Source: Escherichia coli
GTDB lineage: Bacteria > Pseudomonadota > Gammaproteobacteria > Enterobacterales > Enterobacteriaceae
NCBI RefSeq assembly: GCF_041248615.1
Contig: NZ_CP158426.1
Direction: 5' to 3' (one strand)
Length of the DNA stretch: 64,000 bases
How positions within the stretch are numbered: the stretch's first letter is position 1; each line of letters opens with the position of its first letter. Below are positions 1 to 11,834 of the stretch, piece by piece. Below the pieces are notes generated by a model. The model was not told where the DNA came from. It saw only the letters and a list, made by a program, of their open reading frames with translations, and searched no databases. The position numbers and the translations under genes were made by a program.

Positions 1-33
1 TCAAAGGTTTCGTTAACAAAGCGGCATATTGAT

Positions 34-1512
34 ATGAGCTTACGTGAAAAAACCATCAGCGGCGCGAAGTGGTCGGCGATTGCCACGGTGATTATCATCG
101 GCCTCGGGCTGGTGCAGATGACCGTGCTGGCGCGGATTATCGACAACCACCAGTTCGGTTTGCTTACCGTGTCGCTGGTGATTATCGCGCTGGCAGATAC
201 GCTTTCTGACTTCGGTATCGCTAACTCGATTATTCAGCGAAAAGAAATCAGTCACCTTGAACTCACCACGTTGTACTGGCTGAACGTTGGGCTGGGGATC
301 GTGGTGTGCGTGGCGGTGTTTTTGTTGAGTGATCTCATCGGCGACGTGCTGAATAACCCGGACCTGGCACCGTTGATTAAAACATTGTCGCTGGCGTTTG
401 TGGTGATCCCCCACGGGCAACAGTTCCGCGCGTTGATGCAAAAAGAGCTGGAGTTCAACAAAATTGGCATGATCGAAACCAGCGCGGTGCTGGCGGGCTT
501 CACTTTTACAGTGGTTAGTGCCCATTTCTGGCCGCTGGCGATGACCGCGATCCTCGGTTATCTGGTCAATAGTGCGGTGAGAACGCTGCTGTTTGGCTAC
601 TTTGGCCGCAAAATTTATCGCCCCGGTCTGCATTTCTCGCTGGCGTCAGTGGCACCGAACTTACGTTTTGGTGCCTGGCTGACGGCGGACAGCATCATCA
701 ACTATCTCAACACCAACCTTTCAACGCTGGTGCTGGCGCGTATTCTCGGCGCGGGCGTGGCAGGGGGATACAACCTGGCGTACAACGTGGCCGTTGTGCC
801 GCCGATGAAGCTGAACCCAATCATCACCCGCGTGTTGTTTCCGGCATTTGCCAAAATTCAGGACGACACCGAAAAGCTGCGCGTTAACTTCTACAAGCTG
901 CTGTCGGTGGTGGGGATTATCAACTTTCCGGCGCTGCTCGGGCTGATGGTGGTGTCGAATAATTTTGTACCGCTGGTCTTTGGTGAGAAGTGGAACAGCA
1001 TTATTCCGGTGCTGCAATTGCTGTGTATTGTGGGTCTGCTGCGTTCGGTAGGTAACCCGATTGGTTCGCTGCTGATGGCGAAAGCGCGGGTCGATATCAG
1101 CTTTAAATTCAACGTATTCAAAACCTTTCTGTTTATTCCGGCGATTGTTATTGGTGGGCAGATGGCGGGCGCAATCGGCGTCACGCTTGGCTTCCTGCTG
1201 GTGCAGATTATCAACACCATTCTGAGCTATTTCGTGATGATTAAACCGGTGCTCGGTTCCAGTTATCGCCAGTACATCCTGAGTTTATGGCTGCCGTTTT
1301 ATCTCTCGCTGCCGACGCTGGTGGTCAGTTATGCGCTGGGCATTGTGCTGAAAGGGCAACTGGCGCTGGGGATGCTGCTGGCGGTGCAAATAGCCGCGGG
1401 CGTGCTGGCGTTTGTGGTGATGATTGTGCTGTCGCGCCATCCGCTGGTGGTGGAAGTGAAGCGTCAGTTTTGTCGCAGCGAAAAAATGAAAATGCTTTTA
1501 CGGGCGGGGTGA
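34..1512 (+). CDS. wzxC: Colanic acid exporter/flippase WzxC (polysaccharide transporter family)
   Basis: 492-aa multi-TM ORF; recognised sequence and position immediately before wcaK-wcaL-wcaM. Confidence 0.9.
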   Translation: MSLREKTISGAKWSAIATVIIIGLGLVQMTVLARIIDNHQFGLLTVSLVIIALADTLSDFGIANSIIQRKEISHLELTTLYWLNVGLGIVVCVAVFLLSDLIGDVLNNPDLAPLIKTLSLAFVVIPHGQQFRALMQKELEFNKIGMIETSAVLAGFTFTVVSAHFWPLAMTAILGYLVNSAVRTLLFGYFGRKIYRPGLHFSLASVAPNLRFGAWLTADSIINYLNTNLSTLVLARILGAGVAGGYNLAYNVAVVPPMKLNPIITRVLFPAFAKIQDDTEKLRVNFYKLLSVVGIINFPALLGLMVVSNNFVPLVFGEKWNSIIPVLQLLCIVGLLRSVGNPIGSLLMAKARVDISFKFNVFKTFLFIPAIVIGGQMAGAIGVTLGFLLVQIINTILSYFVMIKPVLGSSYRQYILSLWLPFYLSLPTLVVSYALGIVLKGQLALGMLLAVQIAAGVLAFVVMIVLSRHPLVVEVKRQFCRSEKMKMLLRAG

Positions 1513-1583
1513 GTTGTTGTTTTAGTCACTGGCAATAAAAACAACAACATAACCTCACCTGGCATCAAATTTATGAGGAAAAA

Positions 1584-2864
1584 ATGAAATTACTTATTCT
1601 GGGCAACCACACTTGCGGCAATCGTGGCGACAGCGCCATCCTGCGCGGCTTACTTGATGCCATCAACATCCTCAATCCACATGCCGAAGTGGACGTGATG
1701 AGCCGCTATCCGGTCAGTTCTTCCTGGCTACTCAACCGCCCGGTAATGGGCGATCCGCTGTTCCTGCAAATGAAACAACACAACAGCGCGGCGGGCGTTG
1801 TCGGACGCGTTAAAAAAGTCCTCCGTCGCCGCTATCAACACCAGGTACTGCTCTCACGCGTCACCGACACTGGCAAGCTGCGTAATATCGCCATCGCCCA
1901 GGGATTCACTGACTTCGTGCGCCTGCTGTCAGGTTACGACGCCATTATTCAGGTCGGCGGATCGTTTTTTGTCGATCTCTACGGCGTGCCGCAGTTTGAA
2001 CACGCGCTTTGCACATTTATGGCGAAAAAGCCGCTGTTTATGATTGGTCACAGCGTCGGCCCCTTCCAGGATGAGCAATTTAACCAACTGGCGAACTACG
2101 TTTTTGGTCACTGCGACGCGCTGATCCTGCGCGAATCGGTCAGCCTTGATCTGATGAAACGCAGCAATATCACCACTGCAAAAGTTGAACATGGCGTCGA
2201 TACCGCGTGGCTGGTCGATCACCACACAGAAGACTTCACCGCCAGCTATGCCGTTCAACACTGGCTGGACGTTGCCGCACAACAGAAAACGGTGGCCATT
2301 ACCCTGCGCGAACTGGCACCGTTCGACAAACGTCTCGGCACCACTCAACAAGCGTATGAAAAAGCCTTTGCTGGGGTGGTCAATCGCATTCTCGATGAAG
2401 GGTATCAGGTGATTGCGCTCTCCACCTGTACGGGTATCGACAGCTATAACAAAGACGACCGCATGGTGGCGATCAACCTGCGCCAGCACATCAGCGATCC
2501 TACCCGTTATCACGTAGTGATGGATGAACTCAACGATCTGGAAATGGGCAAAATTCTGGGTGCCTGTGAACTCACCATCGGTACGCGCCTGCACTCGGCT
2601 ATTATCTCGATGAATTTCTCCACTCCGGCAATTGCCATCAACTACGAACATAAATCCGCCGGGATTATGCAGCAGCTGGGGCTGCCAGAGATGGCAATTG
2701 ATATCCGTCATTTACTGGACGGCAGCCTGCAAGCGATGGTTGCGGATACCTTAGGCCAGCTTCCGGCGCTGAATGCGCGACTTAGTGAAGCCGTCAGTCG
2801 TGAGCGTCAGACAGGAATGCAGATGGTGCAGTCAGTGCTTGAGCGCATCGGGGAGGCGAAATGA
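1584..2864 (+). CDS. wcaK: Colanic acid biosynthesis pyruvyl transferase WcaK
   Basis: 426-aa ORF, recognised sequence, conserved cluster position; stop overlaps next start. Confidence 0.9.
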   Translation: MKLLILGNHTCGNRGDSAILRGLLDAINILNPHAEVDVMSRYPVSSSWLLNRPVMGDPLFLQMKQHNSAAGVVGRVKKVLRRRYQHQVLLSRVTDTGKLRNIAIAQGFTDFVRLLSGYDAIIQVGGSFFVDLYGVPQFEHALCTFMAKKPLFMIGHSVGPFQDEQFNQLANYVFGHCDALILRESVSLDLMKRSNITTAKVEHGVDTAWLVDHHTEDFTASYAVQHWLDVAAQQKTVAITLRELAPFDKRLGTTQQAYEKAFAGVVNRILDEGYQVIALSTCTGIDSYNKDDRMVAINLRQHISDPTRYHVVMDELNDLEMGKILGACELTIGTRLHSAIISMNFSTPAIAINYEHKSAGIMQQLGLPEMAIDIRHLLDGSLQAMVADTLGQLPALNARLSEAVSRERQTGMQMVQSVLERIGEAK

Positions 2865-4081
2865 AGGTCGGCTTCTTTTTACTGAAATTCCCGCTGTCTT
2901 CGGAAACCTTCGTCCTCAACCAAATCACTGCGTTTATTGATATGGGCTTTGAGGTGGAGATTGTTGCGCTGCAAAAAGGCGACACACAAAACACCCACGC
3001 GGCATGGACGAAATACAACCTTGCCGCCAGAACCCGCTGGTTACAGGACGAACCTACGGGCAAAGTGGCGAAGCTGCGCCACCGCGCCAGCCAGACCTTA
3101 CGCGGCATTCATCGTAAAAATACCTGGCAGGCGCTCAACCTCAAACGCTATGGTGCCGAGTCGCGGAACCTGATTTTGTCTGCCATTTGCGGCCAGGTCG
3201 CAACACCGTTTCGCGCCGATGTGTTCATCGCTCATTTTGGCCCGGCGGGGGTAACCGCAGCAAAACTACGGGAACTGGGTGTCATTCGCGGCAAAATTGC
3301 CACTATTTTCCATGGTATTGATATCTCCAGTCGGGAAGTGCTCAACCACTACACCCCCGAATATCAGCAACTGTTTCGCCGTGGCGACCTGATGTTACCG
3401 ATAAGCGATCTGTGGGCCGGAAGGCTGCAAAAAATGGGCTGCCCGAGGGAAAAAATCGCCGTATCGCGCATGGGCGTGGACATGACGCGCTTTAGCCCGC
3501 GCCCGGTGAAAGCGCCCGCAACGCCGCTGGAAATCATTTCCGTTGCACGCTTAACCGAGAAAAAAGGCCTGCATGTGGCGATCGAAGCCTGCCGTCAGTT
3601 GAAAGAGCAGGGCGTGGCATTTCGCTATCGCATCCTCGGCATTGGCCCGTGGGAACGACGCCTGCGCACCCTTATCGAACAATATCAACTGGAAGATGTG
3701 GTAGAGATGCCGGGCTTTAAACCGAGCCATGAAGTGAAAGCGATGCTCGACGACGCGGATGTCTTCCTGTTGCCATCGGTTACAGGTGCGGATGGTGATA
3801 TGGAAGGCATTCCGGTGGCGCTAATGGAAGCGATGGCGGTCGGCATTCCGGTGGTTTCTACTCTGCATAGCGGAATACCGGAACTGGTGGAGGCTGACAA
3901 ATCCGGCTGGCTGGTGCCTGAGAACGATGCCCGTGCACTGGCGCAACGACTGGCGGCGTTTAGCCAACTGGACACCGACGAACTGGCACCGGTCGTCAAA
4001 CGTGCGCGCGAAAAAGTCGAACACGATTTTAACCAGCAGGTGATTAACCGAGAACTCGCCAGCTTGCTGCAGGCTTTATAG
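2861..4081 (+). CDS. wcaL: Colanic acid biosynthesis glycosyltransferase WcaL (GT4-like)
   Basis: 406-aa ORF, 4-nt overlap with wcaK; GT4-like C-terminal region ([13 protein letters not shown]). Confidence 0.9.
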   Translation: MKVGFFLLKFPLSSETFVLNQITAFIDMGFEVEIVALQKGDTQNTHAAWTKYNLAARTRWLQDEPTGKVAKLRHRASQTLRGIHRKNTWQALNLKRYGAESRNLILSAICGQVATPFRADVFIAHFGPAGVTAAKLRELGVIRGKIATIFHGIDISSREVLNHYTPEYQQLFRRGDLMLPISDLWAGRLQKMGCPREKIAVSRMGVDMTRFSPRPVKAPATPLEIISVARLTEKKGLHVAIEACRQLKEQGVAFRYRILGIGPWERRLRTLIEQYQLEDVVEMPGFKPSHEVKAMLDDADVFLLPSVTGADGDMEGIPVALMEAMAVGIPVVSTLHSGIPELVEADKSGWLVPENDARALAQRLAAFSQLDTDELAPVVKRAREKVEHDFNQQVINRELASLLQAL

Positions 4082-4091
4082 AGGAGAACGC

Positions 4092-5486
4092 ATGCCATTT
4101 AAAAAACTCTCCCGACGCACCTTCCTGACGGCAAGCTCGGCGCTTGCCTTCCTCCATACCCCTTTCGCCCGTGCACTTCCTGCCCGGCAAAGCGTTAACA
4201 TTAACGACTACAACCCTCACGACTGGATCGCCTCATTTAAACAAGCCTTCAGCGAAGGGCAAACGGTCGTCGTGCCCGCCGGATTGGTTTGCGACAATAT
4301 CAACACCGGCATCTTCATTCCTGCAGGTAAAACGTTACACATCCTTGGAAGCCTGCGCGGCAACGGCAGAGGGCGATTTGTCTTACAGGACGGCAGCAAG
4401 GTGACAGGGGGGGAGGGCGGCAGTATACATAACATCACCCTGGATGTGCGTGGTTCTGACTGCACCATCAAAGGGCTGGTGATGAGCGGCTTTGGCCCGG
4501 TGACGCAGATCTATATCGGCGGCAAAAACAAACGGGTCATGCGCAACCTGACCATCGATAACCTCACCGTTAGCCACGCTAACTACGCCATCTTACGCCA
4601 GGGATTTCATAACCAGATTATCGGTGCCAATATCACCAATTGTAAGTTCAGCGACTTACAGGGCGACGCCATTGAATGGAACGTGGCAATTAACGACAGT
4701 GATATTTTGATCTCCGACCATGTGATCGAGCGCATCAACTGTACTAACGGCAAAATCAACTGGGGCATTGGCATCGGCCTTGCGGGAAGTACCTACGATA
4801 ATAATTATCCGGAAAACCAGGCAGTGAAAAACTTTGTCGTGGCGAATATCACGGGATCAGATTGTCGGCAACTGATCCATGTTGAAAATGGTAAACATTT
4901 TGTTATCCGTAATATCAAAGCTCGTAATATCACGCCGGATTTCAGTAAGAAAGCAGGTATTGATAACGCCACAGTTGCTATTTATGGTTGTGACAACTTT
5001 GTGATTGATAATATTGAAATGATTAATAGTGCCGGGATGTTAATTGGCTATGGGGTAATTAAAGGCAAATATCTCTCGATACCGCAGAATTTCCGAGTGA
5101 ATGATATTCAACTGGATAATACTCATCTTGCTTATAAATTGCGCGGCATCCAAATCTCCGCCGGGAATGCTGTCTCCTTTGTGGCGCTGACTAACATTGA
5201 GATGAAGCGTGCGTCGCTTGAGCTACACAATAAACCGCAACACCTTTTTATGCGAAATATCAATGTGATGCAGGAATCCTCTGTTGGACCCGCATTGAGC
5301 ATGAACTTCGACATGCGCAAAGACGTACGCGGTGTCTTTATGGCGAAAAAAGAAACACTGCTGTCTCTTGCAAATGTTCATGCGGTGAATGAAAAAGGAC
5401 AAATCTCCGTCGATATCGACAGGATTAATCACCATATTGTTAATGTGGAGAAGATTAACTTTAGATTGCCAGAACGGAGGGAGTAG
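4092..5486 (+). CDS. wcaM: Colanic acid biosynthesis protein WcaM (signal peptide, beta-helix-like)
   Basis: 464-aa ORF with N-terminal Tat-like signal ([14 protein letters not shown]); last gene of the wca cluster before galF. Confidence 0.85.
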   Translation: MPFKKLSRRTFLTASSALAFLHTPFARALPARQSVNINDYNPHDWIASFKQAFSEGQTVVVPAGLVCDNINTGIFIPAGKTLHILGSLRGNGRGRFVLQDGSKVTGGEGGSIHNITLDVRGSDCTIKGLVMSGFGPVTQIYIGGKNKRVMRNLTIDNLTVSHANYAILRQGFHNQIIGANITNCKFSDLQGDAIEWNVAINDSDILISDHVIERINCTNGKINWGIGIGLAGSTYDNNYPENQAVKNFVVANITGSDCRQLIHVENGKHFVIRNIKARNITPDFSKKAGIDNATVAIYGCDNFVIDNIEMINSAGMLIGYGVIKGKYLSIPQNFRVNDIQLDNTHLAYKLRGIQISAGNAVSFVALTNIEMKRASLELHNKPQHLFMRNINVMQESSVGPALSMNFDMRKDVRGVFMAKKETLLSLANVHAVNEKGQISVDIDRINHHIVNVEKINFRLPERRE

Positions 5487-5660
5487 ATTTGCGACCATTC
5501 CTGGAAAAATGGAGCCATACTTAGGAACAATGCTACTGCAATCCACAACGAAGCGGCGTAACATCACAAGTAATTCAGTAATCAATTCAGGGTAATTGAT
5601 GCTGGCGAAAAAAATCGAACAAGCTATAATTCAGCAACCATTTTACAGGTGGATGAAATA

Positions 5661-6554
5661 ATGACGAATTTAAAAGCAGTTATTCCTGTAGCGGGTCTTG
5701 GGATGCATATGTTGCCTGCCACTAAGGCGATTCCCAAAGAGATGCTACCGATCGTCGATAAGCCAATGATTCAGTACATCGTTGACGAGATTGTGGCTGC
5801 AGGGATCAAAGAAATCCTCCTGGTAACTCACGCTTCCAAGAACGCGGTCGAAAACCACTTCGACACCTCTTATGAATTAGAATCTCTCCTTGAACAGCGC
5901 GTGAAGCGTCAACTGCTGGCGGAAGTACAGTCCATTTGCCCGCCGGGCGTGACAATTATGAACGTGCGTCAGGGCGAACCTTTAGGTTTGGGCCACTCCA
6001 TTTTATGTGCACGACCTGCCATTGGTGACAATCCATTTGTCGTGGTGCTGCCAGACGTTGTGATCGACGACGCCAGCGCCGACCCGCTGCGCTACAACCT
6101 TGCTGCCATGATTGCGCGCTTCAACGAAACGGGCCGCAGCCAGGTGCTGGCAAAACGTATGCCGGGTGACCTCTCTGAATACTCTGTCATCCAGACCAAA
6201 GAGCCGCTGGACCGCGAAGGTAAAGTCAGCCGCATTGTTGAATTCATCGAAAAACCGGATCAGCCGCAGACGCTGGACTCAGACATCATGGCCGTTGGTC
6301 GCTATGTGCTTTCTGCAGATATTTGGCCGGAACTTGAACGCACTCAGCCTGGTGCATGGGGGCGTATTCAGCTGACTGATGCCATCGCTGAACTGGCGAA
6401 AAAACAGTCCGTTGATGCCGTGCTGATGACAGGTGACAGCTACGACTGCGGTAAAAAAATGGGGTATATGCAGGCATTTGTGAAGTATGGACTACGCAAC
6501 CTGAAAGAAGGGGCGAAGTTCCGTAAAGGGATTGAGAAGCTGTTAAGCGAGTAA
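5661..6554 (+). CDS. galF: UTP-glucose-1-phosphate uridylyltransferase paralog GalF
   Basis: Recognised N-terminus [17 protein letters not shown] track start at 5649 is probably an upstream extension. Confidence 0.9.
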   Translation: MTNLKAVIPVAGLGMHMLPATKAIPKEMLPIVDKPMIQYIVDEIVAAGIKEILLVTHASKNAVENHFDTSYELESLLEQRVKRQLLAEVQSICPPGVTIMNVRQGEPLGLGHSILCARPAIGDNPFVVVLPDVVIDDASADPLRYNLAAMIARFNETGRSQVLAKRMPGDLSEYSVIQTKEPLDREGKVSRIVEFIEKPDQPQTLDSDIMAVGRYVLSADIWPELERTQPGAWGRIQLTDAIAELAKKQSVDAVLMTGDSYDCGKKMGYMQAFVKYGLRNLKEGAKFRKGIEKLLSE

Positions 6555-6596
6555 CAAATTCCTGACTGGAAGTGTCGGTCAGTAAGTAATTAAAAA

Positions 6597-6658
6597 CGGC
6601 AGTGAAGATTCATAGCATAAGTTTTGCTCATTGAATCTCACTGCCGTTGTCTTTTTTA
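6597..6658 (+). terminator. Putative rho-independent terminator after galF (long imperfect stem, then T-run)
   Basis: cggcagtgaagattca ... tgaatctcactgccg inverted repeat followed by ttgtctttttt. Confidence 0.5.
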
Positions 6659-6814
6659 TAAGTACAATAAAAACAGCATGTTAGCTTGCAATCATAGTTC
6701 AAATTTTTCCAGGATTTTCCTTGTTTCTACAGCTGTTTGGTAAGACAATTAGCGTTTGAATTTTTCGGATTTGGCACGAGTGGGTTACGCTCGTCACATC
6801 GTGGAAATGTACGC

Positions 6815-6853
6815 AGTACTCTGGTAGCTGTTAAGCCAGGGGCGGTAGCGTGC
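6815..6853 (+). promoter_or_regulatory. JUMPstart element with ops (RfaH-dependent antitermination) site upstream of the O-antigen operon
   Basis: agtactctggtagctgttaagccaggggcggtagcgtg; ops core GGCGGTAGCGTG at 6841-6852. Confidence 0.75.
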
Positions 6854-6926
6854 ATTAATGCATCTATTAATCAAATCTGGAGCAGTCTATTTCACAGCAT
6901 GCTCTCTGGCTATATGGAATAAAAAA

Positions 6927-8012
6927 GTGAAGATACTTGTTACTGGTGGCGCAGGATTTATTGGTTCTGCTGTTGTTCGTCACATAATAAATAATACGCA
7001 AGATAGTGTTGTTAATGTCGATAAATTAACATACGCCGGAAACCTGGAATCACTCGCTGAAATTTCTGATTCTGAACGTTATTCATTTGAGCATGCAGAT
7101 ATCTGCGATGCCGAAGCGATGGCTCGTATTTTCGCACAGCACCAGCCAGACGCGGTGATGCACCTGGCAGCAGAGAGCCACGTTGACCGCTCAATAACTG
7201 GCCCTGCGGCATTTATTGAAACCAATATTGTGGGTACTTATGTTCTTTTAGAAGCGGCGCGCAATTATTGGTCTGGTCTGGATGATGAAAAGAAAAAAAA
7301 CTTCCGTTTTCATCATATTTCTACTGATGAGGTGTATGGTGACTTACCCCATCCGGATGAAGTAAATAGCAATGAAACGTTGCCGCTATTTACGGAAACG
7401 ACAGCATACGCGCCAAGTAGTCCATATTCTGCTTCTAAAGCTTCCAGCGATCATTTGGTTCGCGCATGGAAACGTACTTATGGTTTACCGACCATTGTGA
7501 CTAATTGCTCGAACAACTATGGTCCTTATCATTTCCCGGAAAAGCTTATTCCACTGGTTATTCTTAATGCACTGGAAGGTAAGGCATTACCTATTTATGG
7601 CAAAGGAGATCAGATCCGCGACTGGTTGTATGTAGAGGATCATGCTCGAGCGTTATATACCGTCGTAACCGAAGGTAAAGCGGGCGAAACTTATAACATT
7701 GGTGGACACAACGAAAAGAAAAACATCGACGTAGTGTTCACTATTTGTGATTTGTTGGATGAGATAGTCCCGAAAGAGAAATCTTATCGTGAGCAAATTA
7801 CCTATGTTGCTGATCGCCCAGGGCATGATCGCCGTTATGCAATTGATGCCGATAAAATTAGCCGCGAATTGGGCTGGAAACCGCAAGAAACGTTTGAGAG
7901 CGGTATTCGTAAAACGGTGGAATGGTATCTGGCTAATACAAATTGGGTTGAGAATGTGAAAAGCGGTGCTTATCAGTCGTGGATTGAACAGAACTATGAG
8001 GGCCGCCATTAA
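6927..8012 (+). CDS. rmlB: dTDP-glucose 4,6-dehydratase RmlB
   Basis: N-terminus [16 protein letters not shown] (GTG start), SDR-extended family; ORF track start 6858 likely too far upstream. Confidence 0.9.
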   Translation: MKILVTGGAGFIGSAVVRHIINNTQDSVVNVDKLTYAGNLESLAEISDSERYSFEHADICDAEAMARIFAQHQPDAVMHLAAESHVDRSITGPAAFIETNIVGTYVLLEAARNYWSGLDDEKKKNFRFHHISTDEVYGDLPHPDEVNSNETLPLFTETTAYAPSSPYSASKASSDHLVRAWKRTYGLPTIVTNCSNNYGPYHFPEKLIPLVILNALEGKALPIYGKGDQIRDWLYVEDHARALYTVVTEGKAGETYNIGGHNEKKNIDVVFTICDLLDEIVPKEKSYREQITYVADRPGHDRRYAIDADKISRELGWKPQETFESGIRKTVEWYLANTNWVENVKSGAYQSWIEQNYEGRH

Positions 8013-8911
8013 TGAATATCCTCCTATTCGGCAAAACAGGGCAGGTAGGTTGGGAACTGCAGCGTGCTCTGGCACCGCTGGGTAATCTGATTGCTCTTGA
8101 TGTTCACTCCACTGATTATTGTGGTGATTTTAGTAATCCCGAAGGTGTAGCTGAAACTGTCAAAAAAATTCGCCCTGATGTTATTGTTAATGCGGCTGCT
8201 CACACTGCAGTAGACAAAGCGGAATCAGAACCGGAATTTGCACAATTACTTAACGCGACAAGTGTCGAAGCGATTGCAAAAGCAGCCAATGAAGTCGGCG
8301 CTTGGGTTATTCACTACTCTACTGACTACGTATTTCCGGGAACCGGTGAAATACCGTGGCAGGAGACGGATGCTACAGCACCTTTGAATGTTTATGGTGA
8401 AACTAAACTAGCCGGAGAAAAAGCGTTACAGAAACATTGCGCGAAGCATATTATTTTCCGTACCAGCTGGGTATATGCAGGTAAAGGAAATAACTTCGCC
8501 AAAACAATGTTGCGTCTGGCAAAAGAGCGCGAAGAACTGGCTGTGATAAACGATCAGTTTGGCGCACCAACAGGTGCCGAATTGCTGGCTGATTGCACCG
8601 CTCATGCCATTCGCGTAGCAGTAGACAAACCAGAAGTTGCTGGTTTGTACCATCTGGTTGCTGGCGGTACAACAACCTGGCACGATTATGCCGCTCTGGT
8701 ATTTGAAGAAGCGCGCAAAGCAGGGATTAACCTTGCTCTTAACAAACTTAACGCCGTGCCAACAACGGCCTATCCCACACCAGCCCGTCGACCCCATAAC
8801 TCTCGCCTCAATACAGAAAAGTTTCAGCAGAACTTTGCGCTTGTCTTGCCTGACTGGCAGGTGGGTGTGAAACGAATGCTCAACGAATTATTTACGACTA
8901 CGGCAATTTAA
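8012..8911 (+). CDS. rmlD: dTDP-4-dehydrorhamnose reductase RmlD
   Basis: 299-aa [19 protein letters not shown]; 1-nt overlap with rmlB stop. Confidence 0.9.
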   Translation: MNILLFGKTGQVGWELQRALAPLGNLIALDVHSTDYCGDFSNPEGVAETVKKIRPDVIVNAAAHTAVDKAESEPEFAQLLNATSVEAIAKAANEVGAWVIHYSTDYVFPGTGEIPWQETDATAPLNVYGETKLAGEKALQKHCAKHIIFRTSWVYAGKGNNFAKTMLRLAKEREELAVINDQFGAPTGAELLADCTAHAIRVAVDKPEVAGLYHLVAGGTTTWHDYAALVFEEARKAGINLALNKLNAVPTTAYPTPARRPHNSRLNTEKFQQNFALVLPDWQVGVKRMLNELFTTTAI

Positions 8912-8969
8912 CAAATTTTTGCATCTCGCTCATGATGCCAGAGCGGGATGAATTAAAAGGAATGGTGAA

Positions 8970-9848
8970 ATGAAAACGCGTAAAGGTATTATTCTGGCTG
9001 GTGGTTCCGGCACTCGTCTTTATCCTGTGACGATGGCAGTAAGTAAACAACTGCTGCCGATTTATGATAAGCCGATGATTTATTATCCGCTTTCAACGCT
9101 TATGTTAGCGGGTATTCGCGATATTCTTATTATCAGTACGCCACAGGATACGCCGCGTTTCCAACAATTGTTGGGGGACGGGAGCCAGTGGGGGCTTAAT
9201 CTACAGTATAAAGTACAACCGAGTCCGGATGGCCTGGCGCAAGCGTTTATCATTGGTGAAGACTTTATTGGTGGCGATGATTGTGCACTTGTGCTTGGTG
9301 ATAATATCTTCTATGGACACGACTTGCCGAAATTAATGGAAGCTGCTGTTAACAAAGAAAGCGGTGCAACGGTATTTGCTTATCACGTTAATGATCCTGA
9401 ACGTTATGGTGTCGTGGAGTTTGATAATAACGGTACTGCAATTAGCCTGGAAGAAAAACCGCTGGAACCAAAAAGTAACTATGCGGTTACTGGGCTTTAT
9501 TTCTATGACAATGACGTTGTGGAAATGGCGAAAAACCTTAAGCCTTCTGCCCGAGGTGAACTGGAAATTACCGATATTAACCGTATTTATATGGAACAAG
9601 GACGTTTGTCTGTCGCTATGATGGGGCGTGGCTATGCATGGCTGGATACAGGGACGCATCAAAGTCTTATTGAAGCAAGCAACTTCATTGCCACCATTGA
9701 AGAGCGCCAGGGACTAAAGGTTTCCTGTCCGGAAGAAATTGCTTATCGTAAAGGGTTTATTGATGCTGAGCAGGTAAAAGTATTAGCCGAACCGTTGAAG
9801 AAAAATGCTTATGGTCAGTATCTGCTCAAAATGATTAAAGGTTATTAA
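8970..9848 (+). CDS. rmlA: Glucose-1-phosphate thymidylyltransferase RmlA
   Basis: 292-aa [14 protein letters not shown] nucleotidyltransferase motif. Confidence 0.9.
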   Translation: MKTRKGIILAGGSGTRLYPVTMAVSKQLLPIYDKPMIYYPLSTLMLAGIRDILIISTPQDTPRFQQLLGDGSQWGLNLQYKVQPSPDGLAQAFIIGEDFIGGDDCALVLGDNIFYGHDLPKLMEAAVNKESGATVFAYHVNDPERYGVVEFDNNGTAISLEEKPLEPKSNYAVTGLYFYDNDVVEMAKNLKPSARGELEITDINRIYMEQGRLSVAMMGRGYAWLDTGTHQSLIEASNFIATIEERQGLKVSCPEEIAYRKGFIDAEQVKVLAEPLKKNAYGQYLLKMIKGY

Positions 9849-9852
9849 TAAG

Positions 9853-10398
9853 ATGAACGTAATTAAAACTGAAATTCCTGATGTATTAATATTTGAACCA
9901 AAAGTATTTGGGGATGAGCGTGGTTTTTTTATGGAAAGCTTCAATCAGAAAGTTTTCGAAGAAGCTGTGGGGCGGAAGGTTGAATTTGTTCAGGATAACC
10001 ATTCTAAGTCTACTAAAGGAGTAATTAGAGGATTACATTTTCAATTACCACCTTATTCACAGGCAAAATTAGTACGCTGTGTAGTAGGTGAGGTATATGA
10101 CGTTGTTGTTGATATAAGGAAAGATTCTAAAACTTTTGGCAAATGGGTCGGTGTAAATCTTTCTGCTGAAAACAAGCGACAGTTGTGGATTCCAGAAGGA
10201 TTCGCCCATGGTTTTGAAGTGATTAGTGAAGTCGCTCATTTTTTATACAAAACAAATAATTATTATAATGCAACTATGGAAAAAGGTATAAGATGGGATG
10301 ATGAATATTTAGCTATTAATTGGAAAGAAAAAAAAGCGATAATCTCTGAGAAAGACATGAAACAACCATCATTCAGAGAACTTTTTGAGAAAGTTTAA
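9853..10398 (+). CDS. rmlC: dTDP-4-dehydrorhamnose 3,5-epimerase RmlC
   Basis: 181-aa ORF; cupin-like RmlC sequence (DERGFF, RGLHFQ); markedly AT-rich compared with rmlBDA. Confidence 0.85.
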   Translation: MNVIKTEIPDVLIFEPKVFGDERGFFMESFNQKVFEEAVGRKVEFVQDNHSKSTKGVIRGLHFQLPPYSQAKLVRCVVGEVYDVVVDIRKDSKTFGKWVGVNLSAENKRQLWIPEGFAHGFEVISEVAHFLYKTNNYYNATMEKGIRWDDEYLAINWKEKKAIISEKDMKQPSFRELFEKV

Positions 10399-11832
10399 TT
10401 GATGAATAACAAACTAGCCAGGCAAGGATTATTATGGAGCACAATTGAAAGGCTAGGAACGCAAGCCATACAATTATTATTAATGTTGTATTTGGGTAGG
10501 GTTCTTGGACCAAGCTCTTTTGGTTATGTTGGTATGCTAACTTTATTTCTATCATTAGCTCAGGTTCTAATTGATAGTGGATTTAGTGCAGCATTAATTA
10601 GAAAATCGGAGCGTACTGAAAAAGATTATTCGACAGTATTTATATTTAATATTTGTCTATCAATACTAATATATATTGTACTTTATTGTTTATCTTCTTA
10701 TATTGCTTTATTCTATCAAATACCTCTGCTGGAATCTTTACTTGATATTTTAGCATTAACAGTTATAGCAAATGGTCTAACTTTAATCCCCAAGATTCAA
10801 CTCACTGTAGACGTGAATTTTAAGATCCAAGCTAAAAGTTCACTTATCGCTATTACCAGTAGTAGTGTAATAGCGATAACGTTAGCTGCTTTGGGTTATG
10901 GAGTATGGACATTGGTTTTCCAATCGTTATCCTATAGTGTCATAAATTGTATTGTACTGAATATTTATAATCCATGGTATCCAAAAGAGAAATTTTGCTA
11001 TGAAACATTCAAAAAGCTATTTTCATTTAGCAGTAACTTACTAATTGCTGGAGTACTTGAAGCTTTTTATTCAAATATATATCAATTAATTATAGGGAAA
11101 TTTTTTACACCACAGCTTGTAGGGCAATTTACACAGGCTAATCAGATCTCTAGCGTACCTGCAATGACACTTACTAATATTATTCAGAGAGTAACTTATC
11201 CACTTTTTTGTAATATTTATAATGGCAAAGGGAAAATAGATGATGCTTATTTAAACACACTTAAAATTGCAGGCGTTGTAGTTTTTCCAATTCTATTAGG
11301 AATAGGTTTAATCTCGAAGCCATTAGTCTCTGTATTATTAGGAAGTGAGTGGAAATTTACATCTGATATTCTGTTTCTACTTTGTATTGCATTTATGATT
11401 TATCCTATACATGCAATAAATATTAATATCCTACAGGTTCATGGGCGAAGTGATCTTTTTTTGCGTTTGGAAATACTAAAAAAGACATTGATGACAATTA
11501 TTCTTGTCATTACGATGCAAATAAATATAAATGCAATGGTGATTGGTTTAGTTTTACACTCATATCTTTCGTGGTTTTTAAATGGATTATTTAGCCAGAA
11601 AGTATCAACGATCACAATAAGGAAGCAGTTAAAAGAGTTACTACCTATATGGTGTCTATGTTTAATTAGTGGGTTAGGTTCTAACTATATTATAAATGAA
11701 ATAAGTATGGAACCTTTATTAAATATAATATTTACTATTTTATTAAATGCCATTATATACATCACACTAATTCGAATTATGTACAAAGAAATATTTATGA
11801 CTATTATTTCTCTTATAAAAAATAAGGGCTGA
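10399..11832 (+). CDS. wzx: O-antigen flippase Wzx (polysaccharide transporter family)
   Basis: 477-aa highly hydrophobic multi-TM ORF in AT-rich O-antigen cluster, directly after rmlC. Confidence 0.75.
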   Translation: MMNNKLARQGLLWSTIERLGTQAIQLLLMLYLGRVLGPSSFGYVGMLTLFLSLAQVLIDSGFSAALIRKSERTEKDYSTVFIFNICLSILIYIVLYCLSSYIALFYQIPLLESLLDILALTVIANGLTLIPKIQLTVDVNFKIQAKSSLIAITSSSVIAITLAALGYGVWTLVFQSLSYSVINCIVLNIYNPWYPKEKFCYETFKKLFSFSSNLLIAGVLEAFYSNIYQLIIGKFFTPQLVGQFTQANQISSVPAMTLTNIIQRVTYPLFCNIYNGKGKIDDAYLNTLKIAGVVVFPILLGIGLISKPLVSVLLGSEWKFTSDILFLLCIAFMIYPIHAININILQVHGRSDLFLRLEILKKTLMTIILVITMQININAMVIGLVLHSYLSWFLNGLFSQKVSTITIRKQLKELLPIWCLCLISGLGSNYIINEISMEPLLNIIFTILLNAIIYITLIRIMYKEIFMTIISLIKNKG

Positions 11833-11834
11833 AA

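Noticed and set aside
1287-1538. 83-aa plus-strand ORF overlapping the 3' end of wzxC
   Set aside because: Out-of-frame overlap with wzxC, Ala/Gly-rich low-complexity translation, no ribosome-binding site; chance ORF.
1929-2711. 260-aa minus-strand ORF inside wcaK, and similar antisense ORFs (20241-20825 in manB, 35508-36149 in plaP, 48690-49484 in pduO, 53072-53488 in pduG)
   Set aside because: All lie entirely within well-supported genes on the opposite strand; this is the usual long-ORF artefact in GC-rich coding DNA.
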